64,000 nucleotides of DNA. Source: an uncultured virus (IMG/VR IMGVR_UViG_3300048547_000618) (lineage: Duplodnaviria; Heunggongvirae; Uroviricota; Caudoviricetes). The stretch lies in the IMG/VR virus record IMGVR_UViG_3300048547_000618; one strand, given 5' to 3'. Positions within the stretch are counted from its first letter, which is position 1. Each line of letters starts with the position of its first letter. Below, in pieces: positions 17,931 to 27,406 of the stretch. The notes below the pieces were generated by a model. It saw nothing but the letters and a program-made list of their open reading frames with translations. It was not told the DNA's origin and made no database searches. The position numbers were made by a program, and so were the translations under genes.

Positions 17931-17959
17931 AATATATCTGATTCGCGACGGAATGTCAA
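17931..17959 (-). promoter_or_regulatory. Early promoter with GANTC in the spacer
   Basis: TTGACA-ttccgtcgcGAATCaga-TATATT (17-bp spacer). Confidence 0.85.
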
Positions 17960-17962
17960 TAG

Positions 17963-18157
17963 TTATTTCACATATTTTTGTAACCAACGACACTTTGGTT
18001 GGATTTTAGCAAGATAAGTCCAGCACTCAAAACAGGTACCTTCATAGATTGTTTCATTGGTGTCAAGATGTACAAGACCAAAATCCTCACGGTTTTCCCA
18101 GTGAGGAAGTACAAGATAGTTAAAAAGAATTTCGGATTTTTTAGTGTATAGTGTCAT
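17963..18157 (-). CDS. Hypothetical protein
   Basis: RBS AAGGA and its own upstream promoter. Confidence 0.6.
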   Translation of the reverse strand: MTLYTKKSEILFNYLVLPHWENREDFGLVHLDTNETIYEGTCFECWTYLAKIQPKCRWLQKYVK

Positions 18158-18183
18158 AGAGTGATTCCTTTTGTTGTAAAATT

Positions 18184-18212
18184 ACTCTATACTATTTCAT
18201 AACGAATGTCAA
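18184..18212 (-). promoter_or_regulatory. Sigma70-type promoter
   Basis: TTGACA-N17-TAGAGT. Confidence 0.55.
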
Positions 18213-18460
18213 TCGTTAATTACCCATTCTTTAAAATAATTTGCAAAAGCTTTTGCGTCAAGCAATTGCTCAAAAAAGAATGTATCTTCATATACATCTG
18301 TATACTTCCTATGAACCCACTGTTGTCTGAACATTTGAACTTTACAATAGTCTAACGCTTTGTTACGAAGATCACTATGGATTTGAACTGAATGCGATCC
18401 TTCTCGCATCCAACGCTGTTTGTATTCTGAAATCTCGAGAGGGTTTGTTAGCTTTGTCAT
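18209..18460 (-). CDS. Hypothetical protein
   Basis: 83-aa ORF. Confidence 0.6.
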   Translation of the reverse strand: MTKLTNPLEISEYKQRWMREGSHSVQIHSDLRNKALDYCKVQMFRQQWVHRKYTDVYEDTFFFEQLLDAKAFANYFKEWVIND

Positions 18461-18590
18461 TTATTAAGCATCCGCATACAAGTAAACACTGAGTTTTCGT
18501 TTAAACAATCAGACCAAATGTGGATTATATACCATCCACATAACACAAGAGCAATTGCAATTGCAGTTCCGTATATTAATCTTTCAGTCA

Positions 18591-18785
18591 TTACGCAGCT
18601 GCCTTTACAGGTTTCATAGTGATCTTAGCAAATTCATTAGTATCATGCAGGCGACGAAAGTAATCAGCGGCTTGCTTATGAGCAAAACCAGTTGCGAACT
18701 CTTGCAACTTGTATTCGCCATCTTCAAAAGAAAAAGCTTCAATTCTAAAGTACTTATTAAGCATAATCATATTCCTTATATTCAA
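18591..18785 (-). CDS. Hypothetical protein
   Basis: Co-oriented ORF; start uncertain. Confidence 0.5.
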   Translation of the reverse strand: MNIRNMIMLNKYFRIEAFSFEDGEYKLQEFATGFAHKQAADYFRRLHDTNEFAKITMKPVKAAA

Positions 18786-19164
18786 CGATCTTCAAAAGAT
18801 CTTTAACTAACTGCTTACCGTATTGAGTAAACAAAATTCCTTGCTCCCACACAAAATGTTCAACATCTTGAGAGTGATAAAAGGTTTCAGAACCAGTAAT
18901 CCAGCTAAGCGCTGTTTTACGGTCGTTGGCGCCAAGACCAATTACGTCTTGAACTCGAGCTTCAAACTTGGCGACGTCTTGCTCTTCCTGAGATTTGGTT
19001 TCAGCCATTTGAATTTCAAGAGCACGGCAATATTCATCCCACGTCTTTTGCTTTTCAGCAGGAGTACAGTTAGACCAATCATCGAAGAAAGCACCGCGAG
19101 GACGGTAGCCGTAAACTTCTTTATGAAGATCTGAGATACAATCGTCTGAGTATGTAAAAGCCAT
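18757..19164 (-). CDS. Early hypothetical protein
   Basis: SDLHKEVYGYRPR motif; RBS and promoter upstream. Confidence 0.7.
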   Translation of the reverse strand: MAFTYSDDCISDLHKEVYGYRPRGAFFDDWSNCTPAEKQKTWDEYCRALEIQMAETKSQEEQDVAKFEARVQDVIGLGANDRKTALSWITGSETFYHSQDVEHFVWEQGILFTQYGKQLVKDLLKIVEYKEYDYA

Positions 19165-19195
19165 TACTGATTCCTTTTCATTTTGTTATACTATT

Positions 19196-19224
19196 AATAT
19201 AACTGATTCTAAACGAAATGTCAA
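19196..19224 (-). promoter_or_regulatory. Early promoter with GANTC in the spacer
   Basis: TTGACA-tttcgtttaGAATCagt-TATATT. Confidence 0.85.
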
Positions 19225-19227
19225 TAG

Positions 19228-19407
19228 TTAATTTGAATTAATTTCATATTCTTTGAACTCAGCTTCAACTTTACAACCAGGATATTGCTTATCAAGATAC
19301 ATTAGTTCTTCAGATGTTGAATATCCGGAATATTCTTCTGACTTATGTAGAAGTTTTCCTTCAGAAGATGTAACTGTTATTTCGTAAAATCTTTTCCACA
19401 TTTTCAT
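19228..19407 (-). CDS. Small hypothetical protein (59 aa, not in ORF track)
   Basis: MKMWKRFYEITVTSSEGK...; RBS AAGGA and promoter upstream. Confidence 0.6.
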   Translation of the reverse strand: MKMWKRFYEITVTSSEGKLLHKSEEYSGYSTSEELMYLDKQYPGCKVEAEFKEYEINSN

Positions 19408-19428
19408 CTTGTATCCTTTCTGTTTATA

Positions 19429-19462
19429 GAATCAGTATACCACAGGCAAAACGATATGTCAA
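19429..19462 (-). promoter_or_regulatory. Sigma70-type promoter with GANTC abutting the -10
   Basis: TTGACA-N17-TATACT-GATTC. Confidence 0.75.
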
Positions 19463-19475
19463 CTGTTTTTTTTCG

Positions 19476-19483
19476 TATAAATA
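19476..19483 (+). promoter_or_regulatory. T4-type late promoter
   Basis: TATAAATA upstream of the QueC-like gene; gp55 is encoded in this window. Confidence 0.65.
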
Positions 19484-19536
19484 TACGTATACATTATTTT
19501 TTAGTATGGTCGCAAAAGTAAAAGGTGTTTCGTAAT

Positions 19537-20139
19537 ATGATTAAAGTTGGTGAAACTATTCCAAATATAAAAACCATGCATAAAGTCGGTCCAACTTGGG
19601 ATAGAAGATTAGTTACTATATCTCCTGCTGGAAAAATTGCTCTTATGATGTCAGGCGGTATAGATAGTTTAGTTTTATATAATTTAATTAAGTCGTATAA
19701 TCCAGATGTGTACACTATAGATAGAAAAGATGGATTCGACAATCCATCTCGAGTAGAGTCCTTAACAAATCAAAAAGTTCATAGATTTAAAGAAACTACT
19801 TTAAATCCAGATTTGAGGATAAAAGAAGCCATTGCTTCCATTCAAAGTAAATATGATCAATTATACATTGGAATAAATCATACTCCACCGAGTCATTATT
19901 TTCCAGATTTAAAAGACGGTGCTCCTTACAGACCTTGGAGAATACAAAATAACGATAAACTAATCGCGCCTTTTCTTCATTTATATAAATATCACATTAT
20001 AGATCTAGCAAATAAGTTAAATATAGATTTATCAAATACAATGAGTTGCCTTACAAATACTATTAATGAATGCAAAGAATGTTGGCAATGCAGAGAAAAA
20101 ATCTGGGCATATAAACAATTGGAAGGAGTTTCAAAATAG
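19537..20139 (+). CDS. QueC-like PP-loop ATPase
   Basis: MSGGIDS PP-loop; PF..LYKYHII; SC...CKECWQC Zn site. Confidence 0.7.
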   Translation: MIKVGETIPNIKTMHKVGPTWDRRLVTISPAGKIALMMSGGIDSLVLYNLIKSYNPDVYTIDRKDGFDNPSRVESLTNQKVHRFKETTLNPDLRIKEAIASIQSKYDQLYIGINHTPPSHYFPDLKDGAPYRPWRIQNNDKLIAPFLHLYKYHIIDLANKLNIDLSNTMSCLTNTINECKECWQCREKIWAYKQLEGVSK

Positions 20140-20162
20140 AACACTTTTCTAAATTAAACGAC

Positions 20163-20699
20163 TTGCCAATTTTTGAAAATTTAGAAGACGAGTTAAGACA
20201 GCTCATATCAAAAGGTTTGGTAAATTGGAATCTTAACCAAATTTGCTTGAATGCTCCGGGAGGAAAATCTCATGACTGGACTATAGGATGTAAAAGCTTA
20301 TATTACAATTGGGATAAAGTAGTTAAAGATAAAGCAGGAAACATAGTTCGTTTACCAAAATTTGAACATCCGCTATACGATGAAGATTTTATTGTTCTGT
20401 GTGATGTTTTTAGAGGAACAATTTTCGAAGAAGTTTTTAATCTTCTAAATGATCGATACACAATAGGAAGATTAAGACTAATGCGCAGTGTTCCTTTTGC
20501 TTGTACTAGTTGGCATAAAGATGTTAGTAAAAGATTGCATTACCCAATAAAAACAGATCAATCCTGCAAGATGGTAATAGAAAATGAGGTATTTCATATT
20601 CCTTATAATGAGTGGTGGATTACTAATACAGAAAAAATGCATGCAGCCTTTAATGGTAGTAGATCAGAAAGAATTCATTTGGTTGGAGTTTTACTATGA
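20163..20699 (+). CDS. 2OG-Fe(II) oxygenase-like (Asp/Asn beta-hydroxylase type); start uncertain
   Basis: RLRLM, WHKD..RLHYPIKT and HAAFN..RIHLV (HxD...H triad). Confidence 0.7.
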   Translation: MPIFENLEDELRQLISKGLVNWNLNQICLNAPGGKSHDWTIGCKSLYYNWDKVVKDKAGNIVRLPKFEHPLYDEDFIVLCDVFRGTIFEEVFNLLNDRYTIGRLRLMRSVPFACTSWHKDVSKRLHYPIKTDQSCKMVIENEVFHIPYNEWWITNTEKMHAAFNGSRSERIHLVGVLL

Positions 20700-21409
20700 A
20701 TTATGAACCTGGATCTAATTATGATAAACTATCAAACTGGCCGGAATGGGAACATTTTAGAAATCTTTCTTTATCTCGAGATAGATTACCTGAAGAAAAG
20801 TATAGAGAAATTCACACTAAAAATCTTGTTCCTTTGGATATAAAAATTGATTGTGATTTATTTGAAGAAGAGATAAAAAGATACGACCATTTATTCGAGC
20901 AATTTGGACCTACTCATACTGACTTAGAAAGGTATTCTCTTGGACTTACAGACCTTGAAAATCCAATTGATATGAAACCAAGTCCAGTTAATTGGCCAAT
21001 GGATGTGTGGTGTTTAGAACATCCAGACAACCCATTGTTTGATACAGATTTCAAATATCCAAATGAAATAATGAAAAATATGAAATCTTTAGATCCTATG
21101 CAAATATTTGACGGAATGTTAGCACGTTGTACTATATTAAAATGGAACACGGGGGCACATTTCAAACCACACATTGATGTAACTATTCCTCCTGCAAATT
21201 TGAGAATATGGGGAACTAACGATCCAGAAAATAATCATTTTTGTTTTTGGGATGAAGAAAAACAAGAATATATAGAAGAAGAAAACGTTGAAAAAGGCAG
21301 ATTATATCTGGCTGATACAGCAAAATGGCATCACGCTTACTCGACTGCGGAAAGAGTATATACTTTCTTTTTTGCTCTTCAGGTCAATGCTTACGAGGTG
21401 TTAAAATGA
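20696..21409 (+). CDS. 2OG-Fe(II) oxygenase-like protein
   Basis: FKPHID...DTAKWHHA. Confidence 0.6.
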   Translation: MNYEPGSNYDKLSNWPEWEHFRNLSLSRDRLPEEKYREIHTKNLVPLDIKIDCDLFEEEIKRYDHLFEQFGPTHTDLERYSLGLTDLENPIDMKPSPVNWPMDVWCLEHPDNPLFDTDFKYPNEIMKNMKSLDPMQIFDGMLARCTILKWNTGAHFKPHIDVTIPPANLRIWGTNDPENNHFCFWDEEKQEYIEEENVEKGRLYLADTAKWHHAYSTAERVYTFFFALQVNAYEVLK

Positions 21410-21954
21410 GTTTGATAATGTTGTACGTATTTTATTGGATAATGGCTGCTATAGGATTAACTATCGGTTATCATAGATGTTTATCGCACAATGAACTAAA
21501 ATTAAATCCTATTTTAGAATTTTTTGTTTTGTACATTGGATTGCTATGTTGCGCAAGATCTCCGTTGACTTGGGCTGCTATGCATAGAATGCATCATGCT
21601 TATTCTGATACTGAATTAGACCCTCACAGCCCAAAACATAAAGGAGCGATAACAGTTTTGTTTTCAACGTTTAGAGTAAAGTCTATTCCTAGAAAATTTA
21701 TAAAATCTTTATACAAAAATCCTAGAGCAATGTTTTTACACAAGTTTATGTGGATTATTTTATTGGTAACTTATTTAATAGCGTATTTGATAAATCCAAT
21801 CGTTCTGCTTTACTTAGCAGCACTTTTACCCATATCATTTGTTAGTTTCGGTCTAATAAACTTTTTTGGACATGACGAAAATGGACCAACTAATAAATGG
21901 TGGATAAATATTTTTGCACCTTTTGAAGGAAATCATTATGACCACCACACTTAA
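21406..21954 (+). CDS. Membrane fatty-acid desaturase (delta-9-like)
   Basis: Three His boxes HRCLSH, HRMHH(AYSDTELDPHSP) and HYDHH; TM segments. Confidence 0.85.
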   Translation: MSLIMLYVFYWIMAAIGLTIGYHRCLSHNELKLNPILEFFVLYIGLLCCARSPLTWAAMHRMHHAYSDTELDPHSPKHKGAITVLFSTFRVKSIPRKFIKSLYKNPRAMFLHKFMWIILLVTYLIAYLINPIVLLYLAALLPISFVSFGLINFFGHDENGPTNKWWINIFAPFEGNHYDHHT

Positions 21955-22525
21955 GAGAAGACATGAGCTTCCAAATTTTAAAAAAATAGAACACGTTCAA
22001 GTTGATGTAGATCGTCTCTTAAAGTGTTTTGAAAACTTCCATCATGAACAAGATTCAATTAGTGAGGTCTGTGGTAGTCCTTATCTGAATGACAAGTATA
22101 AGCAAACACCAGTTACTGGAGTCAAAGGTGAGCTGACGTATCTTAGTAATGGTAATGAAGATGAGAGATGCTATGGTGAAATCTTACCAGAATACAAAGG
22201 AACATATGTTGAAGAAGTGATTGGTATGTTTAAGTCACCAATCACTCGTAGCAGACTGATCGTAAAAGAACCAGGTGCTATGATTCTTCCACATATTGAT
22301 TATGATACAAACTATAGTATTCGAGTTTATATTCCACTCAAAACAAATCCTTGGGCTATGACTGCAGTGAAAAGTAAGACTGATGAAATACCAGAAGTCA
22401 GACATTTAAAAGCAGATGGTAGTGCTTGGTTTGTAAATCCAGGTTGTTTGCATAGTGCCTGGAATATTGGTGGTACAGATGATATTCGATTAATTCTATG
22501 CATTAATGGACAGGATGATTTATAA
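21938..22525 (+). CDS. 2OG-Fe(II) oxygenase-like (Asp/Asn beta-hydroxylase type)
   Basis: RSRL..PG..ILPHID, IPLKTN and HSAWN..R. Confidence 0.7.
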   Translation: MTTTLKRRHELPNFKKIEHVQVDVDRLLKCFENFHHEQDSISEVCGSPYLNDKYKQTPVTGVKGELTYLSNGNEDERCYGEILPEYKGTYVEEVIGMFKSPITRSRLIVKEPGAMILPHIDYDTNYSIRVYIPLKTNPWAMTAVKSKTDEIPEVRHLKADGSAWFVNPGCLHSAWNIGGTDDIRLILCINGQDDL

Positions 22526-22571
22526 TGGAAGCAGTATATTATGATATTAATTTAAAGACAGCAACAATTGT

Positions 22572-22579
22572 TATAAATA
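22572..22579 (+). promoter_or_regulatory. T4-type late promoter
   Basis: TATAAATA ending 18 nt before the 22598 ATG, with RBS AAGGAG. Confidence 0.7.
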
Positions 22580-22597
22580 ATCAAAAGGAGATTATCG

Positions 22598-22903
22598 ATG
22601 ACAACAGAAACACAGACAATAATTATTGCATCATCAGAAACTTATGCACAAGAGGATGATATGATATCCGCAACTTCTGAAGTTTTGATTAACTCCATTG
22701 AAGTTGATGATGTTGCAATGTGGGAATTTATTTGGGAAACTCTTCAGCCAGAAAGTTGGTCTCGTGATTTCTCAAATAATAATACTATTAATGTCACAAG
22801 AACCTATGATGCAGTTCATAGTGATCAAGTAAAAGCATTTTATGATACTGCTAAAGCTGCTTGGGAACAAGCTGGCTTTACTGTAGATATTACATATACT
22901 TAA
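22598..22903 (+). CDS. Acidic hypothetical late protein
   Basis: Late promoter plus strong RBS. Confidence 0.7.
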   Translation: MTTETQTIIIASSETYAQEDDMISATSEVLINSIEVDDVAMWEFIWETLQPESWSRDFSNNNTINVTRTYDAVHSDQVKAFYDTAKAAWEQAGFTVDITYT

Positions 22904-23369
22904 CCTGATATCTCTTTACAACTTCATCAAAAGATAAATCAAAGACACTGAATTTGAGAAGCACTCGGTCAGTGTCTTTTTCTGTTTGGAATACTGCGTG
23001 TTCTACTTGAGTGTTTAATATTGCTGACTTATAATAGAAGTCGCCATCTCGAAAACTAATTGATGATGTTCCATCAAGAACAAAGTTAAAGCTGCACCCA
23101 GTTCCTCTATCTTTATGCCAAGGGAGAGTAAAGCCACTTTTCTGAATATAATATCTTGGTCGTATGTCACTAAGATCAAGATCAGTTTTATATTTCTGTG
23201 CTAAGTCCCAAGCCAAACCTTCATTTGTATGTTTTTGCAACCAATCATCCAAATAGCGATTATTCTTTGCATCATGATAAGGTTGATAATCATCAAAAGA
23301 CATGGCTTCATTAAGTAATAGTTCTTTTGAAATTGGAAAGTTTATGTGATAGAGTGCTTTGTGTTCCAT
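22890..23369 (-). CDS. 2OG-Fe(II) oxygenase-like protein
   Basis: LPWHKD...NTQVEHAV..R. Confidence 0.6.
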   Translation of the reverse strand: MEHKALYHINFPISKELLLNEAMSFDDYQPYHDAKNNRYLDDWLQKHTNEGLAWDLAQKYKTDLDLSDIRPRYYIQKSGFTLPWHKDRGTGCSFNFVLDGTSSISFRDGDFYYKSAILNTQVEHAVFQTEKDTDRVLLKFSVFDLSFDEVVKRYQVKYM

Positions 23370-23857
23370 ATCCCTACAGCTTCACTATAAAATAGATTAC
23401 CTAATTGAAATTTAATCATTTTTCTTTTTGGGCCAGATTTAACACCATGTCTTCGTGCAACGTTTAATATAGCACACGTATAAGTTATTTCTCCAAAGTC
23501 TTTATAATACACTGGAGCAGGATCTTCAGAAAGAACTATATTAATACAAGCTCTATGACCCATATCTTTGTGTGGTGGTATTTCAATATTTTCAGATAAC
23601 TGAAACATTTTACCAACAGGTTCAAAACCATAGACAGAAGCAATATACTCTCTAATCTTATCCATTTCAGGAAGGAAACGATAATCATCAATGGTCCTTG
23701 TCAGCCAATCTGGTTGATAAGAAAACCACGTTTCACCTTTGGTTTGGCGACTAGGTGTATAAGGAACTAGCTCAGTTGAATCGAATTCTTTAATCAAAGC
23801 TTCTTTATCATATTTTAATTCTATATGATTAATAAAGTCTTGGTAATTTAAAATCAT
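23342..23857 (-). CDS. 2OG-Fe(II) oxygenase-like protein (paralog of 22890-23369)
   Basis: IPPHKD...NVARRHGV..R. Confidence 0.6.
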   Translation of the reverse strand: MILNYQDFINHIELKYDKEALIKEFDSTELVPYTPSRQTKGETWFSYQPDWLTRTIDDYRFLPEMDKIREYIASVYGFEPVGKMFQLSENIEIPPHKDMGHRACINIVLSEDPAPVYYKDFGEITYTCAILNVARRHGVKSGPKRKMIKFQLGNLFYSEAVGIWNTKHSIT

Positions 23858-24386
23858 TTTTAAACCCTTCTAACGTAGCTATGTTTTGCCAACAACTTTT
23901 TTCATTTTTATTTGGACTAGATGGACAAGTCCAATATAAACCATCTATAACTTTATACTTGTTTTTTACCACTTCATTTTGAATATTAACAGATCTTTTT
24001 AAAGCATTAATATGATTTAGCATACTATAAAATGGAATTCCACCTTGTTTTAATACTATTTCTGTTTGCATTGGCATTAAAATTTGGCTGCTAATGGCTT
24101 TATTAGGTTTATAGTACGGATTACCTAGATTGTACTGACGTATGGACGGAAAATAAAAACTTCTATCACCAACTCTAAAATAATTATCTGGCCAATATTT
24201 GTATCGCCATATTCCAGATATAGCAACAATTTCCCCTTCTAATTTTACTGCAAAGAAATGACTGTATCCATTTACTCTATCTCTAAAGGTTTTAAAATTT
24301 TCTGGGTGAATCTCAGCAGCTCTATCTGTTACTTCAAATAAAGTATCTTTATCATGTAATATATCTATTATTTCAAGTGACATCAA
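23829..24386 (-). CDS. Hypothetical protein, possibly GNAT-like
   Basis: FFAVKLEGEIVAISGI beta-hairpin pattern; weak. Confidence 0.4.
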   Translation of the reverse strand: MMSLEIIDILHDKDTLFEVTDRAAEIHPENFKTFRDRVNGYSHFFAVKLEGEIVAISGIWRYKYWPDNYFRVGDRSFYFPSIRQYNLGNPYYKPNKAISSQILMPMQTEIVLKQGGIPFYSMLNHINALKRSVNIQNEVVKNKYKVIDGLYWTCPSSPNKNEKSCWQNIATLEGFKNDFKLPRLY

Positions 24387-24412
24387 ATACCAATCGATTG
24401 TTTATACGTTAT

Positions 24413-26158
24413 TTATTTATCAAACACTAATTCAAAATTTTTCGATATAAGGTGGATCATTGCGATATCTTCAACTGCTATTTCTGTTTGCAATTCACGC
24501 TTTGACATTCCATGCTCTTTAGTATCATATGTAAACGATTTTAGGTTTCTATATAAATGTTTGTGGTGCCAACGTTTTGGTAATGGATATAGCTTAACAT
24601 TATTCTTTTTAGTTTTATATGCCATAATAGTTTCATTATCATAACCAAACGCGGAGCGAATTTGAGGAAGATACATTGAAAACTCGTCTTCCTTTAAATC
24701 TTTCATCAATTCAATAACATCATCAATATCGCTGAAGTAATCTATTTGTTCCATAACAGCACGACTGGCCGCCATGATACCGGTATTAAAAATGTATTGG
24801 TCAGGTTCATAGCCTTCTTCTTCAAGCATAGCGTGGGCGTTCCAAAATTTACTATGCGGACTCCTAAAATCAAAGTTATACCATTTATAATATTCATTAC
24901 TTGTTTTACGAACGCCTGCGTTTCTTGCTGTTTGAACCTGACAACAAAAAGTTGTACTAGCAGGTACATAATTAAAAATATTATATGGTTTTGCAAAATA
25001 AACGTCAAGATCAACATACAAAACTAAATCATATTCGTGTGTTAATTTATCAAGTAACCAAACCTTATACAAATTAACCACATCGTATTCTGAAAGATCA
25101 GGAAATCTATTAAAAAATTCTTCGTATTGTTCATCACGCCCAAAATGAATATATTCGGAACCTGTTTCTTTTGCATACCACTTATGGTTTTCAATTAACC
25201 TATCTTTATATTTTCCAAGACGATCCTTAGTTCTTTTACTTTTATTTACTTTATCGTCGTCAGGACCAACAGGGTCATCGAGTTTATCATCAGGAATATC
25301 TATATGTATTGAATATATAGCAGTCGTTTTATCGTTAAAGAATGCATTAAATTTTTTATTGATAAAATGAATTATATTTACATCTTCTATTTTACTATCG
25401 TTAGGTCTGTGATCTACAATCCAATGCCACTTATCATCCATGATTTGATACGGTACTTTGTATTTTTCAAGGATATACGAAAAGATAGACTCGTTGTTAG
25501 CATAATAGTTTATTCTTAAGTATGCTAAATTTCTATCGTCTTTATTATCAGGATCTTCGGGTTCGTAAAGTCTAATCTCTTGTATTTTGGAGTAAGCTTC
25601 TTGCATTCTTTCAACATATTTAATTTGTTTAATATGCTTGCTTTTACCAATCATAATGCCAGTGTTTATGACGTGATTATCTCCGCCATCTAAAAGGTCT
25701 TTTGTAATATGGTATTTAAGAGTCGGATTTCGCATACCAACAGAAGAATATAAAACTTCATTAACTTCTTTTGATTGAATTTCATTATCCATATCTTTAA
25801 CTGCAATACCTTTTGATAAATCCAATTCATCAAATACATTTAGGTCTGTATTAAATACCACATCCATATCAACATACATAACTTCATCGTATTCTTCTGC
25901 AAGTTTAGCAAACAAGTGGTGTTTATATAAGTTGACCTTTGTAAATTGCATTTCATCTTTAACGTCAAAGTCTTTTATTTCGTTGCGATAAAAAATCCAA
26001 TCAACACCGATCTTTTCGCAATACTCTTTTTTGTTTTCAACTAATCTATCAAAGTATTCTTCTACTGACTGTTCGTTTGCCATAAAAATCCAATGACGTT
26101 CCTCGTCATGGACCATATCGTCAATTTCATCGTAACAACTAAAAATTACTCTTTTCAT
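24413..26158 (-). CDS. Two-domain (internally duplicated) GT-A glycosyltransferase
   Basis: Repeated VNLYK, YVD(M/L)DV, NTGIM and NE(S/T)I motifs in both halves. Confidence 0.75.
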   Translation of the reverse strand: MKRVIFSCYDEIDDMVHDEERHWIFMANEQSVEEYFDRLVENKKEYCEKIGVDWIFYRNEIKDFDVKDEMQFTKVNLYKHHLFAKLAEEYDEVMYVDMDVVFNTDLNVFDELDLSKGIAVKDMDNEIQSKEVNEVLYSSVGMRNPTLKYHITKDLLDGGDNHVINTGIMIGKSKHIKQIKYVERMQEAYSKIQEIRLYEPEDPDNKDDRNLAYLRINYYANNESIFSYILEKYKVPYQIMDDKWHWIVDHRPNDSKIEDVNIIHFINKKFNAFFNDKTTAIYSIHIDIPDDKLDDPVGPDDDKVNKSKRTKDRLGKYKDRLIENHKWYAKETGSEYIHFGRDEQYEEFFNRFPDLSEYDVVNLYKVWLLDKLTHEYDLVLYVDLDVYFAKPYNIFNYVPASTTFCCQVQTARNAGVRKTSNEYYKWYNFDFRSPHSKFWNAHAMLEEEGYEPDQYIFNTGIMAASRAVMEQIDYFSDIDDVIELMKDLKEDEFSMYLPQIRSAFGYDNETIMAYKTKKNNVKLYPLPKRWHHKHLYRNLKSFTYDTKEHGMSKRELQTEIAVEDIAMIHLISKNFELVFDK

Positions 26159-26823
26159 TTTCCAATTACCATATATCTTGTGTAATCTTTAGACGGTTTT
26201 AGTTCGCCTTTCCAATATACTGCATTTAAATTTAACTCTTTTACAAACGAATCTAAGCTGTCGTGAGTATTAATATGTTCAGGTTCTGCATGATAGTTAT
26301 TGCTTTGAAAACATATTAAGGTATTATAAGGCTTTTGTCTTAATACCAATTGAATATCATCCTTTTCCATATGCTCGCAACTTGTATTGATAATGAGCTG
26401 AAAATGATCTGTTCTTTCAAAATAGTATTCCATTGCGTCGTCAGTAATAGGCCATATGTTTTCGTAATCACCATTTATTAGTTTATGGGAATATTCTTCA
26501 CACAATGGATCCATATCTACATTATGTATTTTAACATCAGGACTTATATGATTTTTTAATATCATCCCAATAACACTATACCAGCTGCCCATAACTAAAA
26601 TGTCTTTTAGTTCGCCATTCGTATCAGGCCAAAATCTTTTTTTATTAATGAATGGGAGGAGATTATTAACAAGCCATTCTTTACTATCAAGTTGTGGATC
26701 GTTAACAGCATTCATAACATCAAAGCTTCTATAAAGATCCACGGAAGGATCGTATTTACTTTGTTGGTATATTTGCTCTATTATTTTAAGCGCATTTTTA
26801 TAAAGATTTTCGCGGTAACTCAT
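26155..26823 (-). CDS. Class I SAM-dependent methyltransferase-like protein
   Basis: ILVMGSWY, NVDMD and IINTSCEHM. Confidence 0.6.
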   Translation of the reverse strand: MSYRENLYKNALKIIEQIYQQSKYDPSVDLYRSFDVMNAVNDPQLDSKEWLVNNLLPFINKKRFWPDTNGELKDILVMGSWYSVIGMILKNHISPDVKIHNVDMDPLCEEYSHKLINGDYENIWPITDDAMEYYFERTDHFQLIINTSCEHMEKDDIQLVLRQKPYNTLICFQSNNYHAEPEHINTHDSLDSFVKELNLNAVYWKGELKPSKDYTRYMVIGK

Positions 26824-27406
26824 ATTTCAATCCATTATACATATCAATTGGCGCATCCCATGTTGCAGGTGATTTAACACTATTCACTAAGCCTTGTTCA
26901 AACGTATTGTGTGGTACCTTTTCGTGAACAATAAATCTGTCTATACCTTTATACTTACGCATAAAGTAATCTTTATTTTCTAAAAAGTGTTCCCATACAT
27001 CGCGCTGTTCACCAGCAGTCCATGTAATTACAGAACTATTTATGTGTACATCATAAGCATGCGGAGCCATATACAAATCGTCTTTCCAATAATCACGTAT
27101 GACTGTTAGACCTTTCCATGTAATAAACTCAGACGGATCTCTTTTAATATCCATATCCAAATCAAAGAACAAACACTTACCTTCTACAGGAAGATCTTCA
27201 CTGAACAGCGCAAGCTTGTTCCACCAATACTTTAATGATGGCTTGTTAAAACACCAAATGATATTTACTTGTTCATCAATACCTTGTGGGTATTCTGTAT
27301 AACAATGAAATTTTGCATTTGGGTAATATTGAACAAGCTGAGAATAAAGTCGATTTACATGACCTGCGTGGTACTTATCTCCGTGCTTTACAAATATAAT
27401 ATTCAT
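26798..27406 (-). CDS. GT-A glycosyltransferase-like protein
   Basis: GDKY...VNRLY, WWNKLALF, FFDLD and INSSV. Confidence 0.7.
   Translation of the reverse strand: MNIIFVKHGDKYHAGHVNRLYSQLVQYYPNAKFHCYTEYPQGIDEQVNIIWCFNKPSLKYWWNKLALFSEDLPVEGKCLFFDLDMDIKRDPSEFITWKGLTVIRDYWKDDLYMAPHAYDVHINSSVITWTAGEQRDVWEHFLENKDYFMRKYKGIDRFIVHEKVPHNTFEQGLVNSVKSPATWDAPIDMYNGLKYELPRKSL

Noticed and set aside
19537..20139. 7-deazaguanine DNA-modification pathway
   Set aside because: Only a QueC-like gene is seen; no folE, queD or dpdA is recognisable, and the radical SAM proteins are larger and carry extra Cys clusters unlike QueE.
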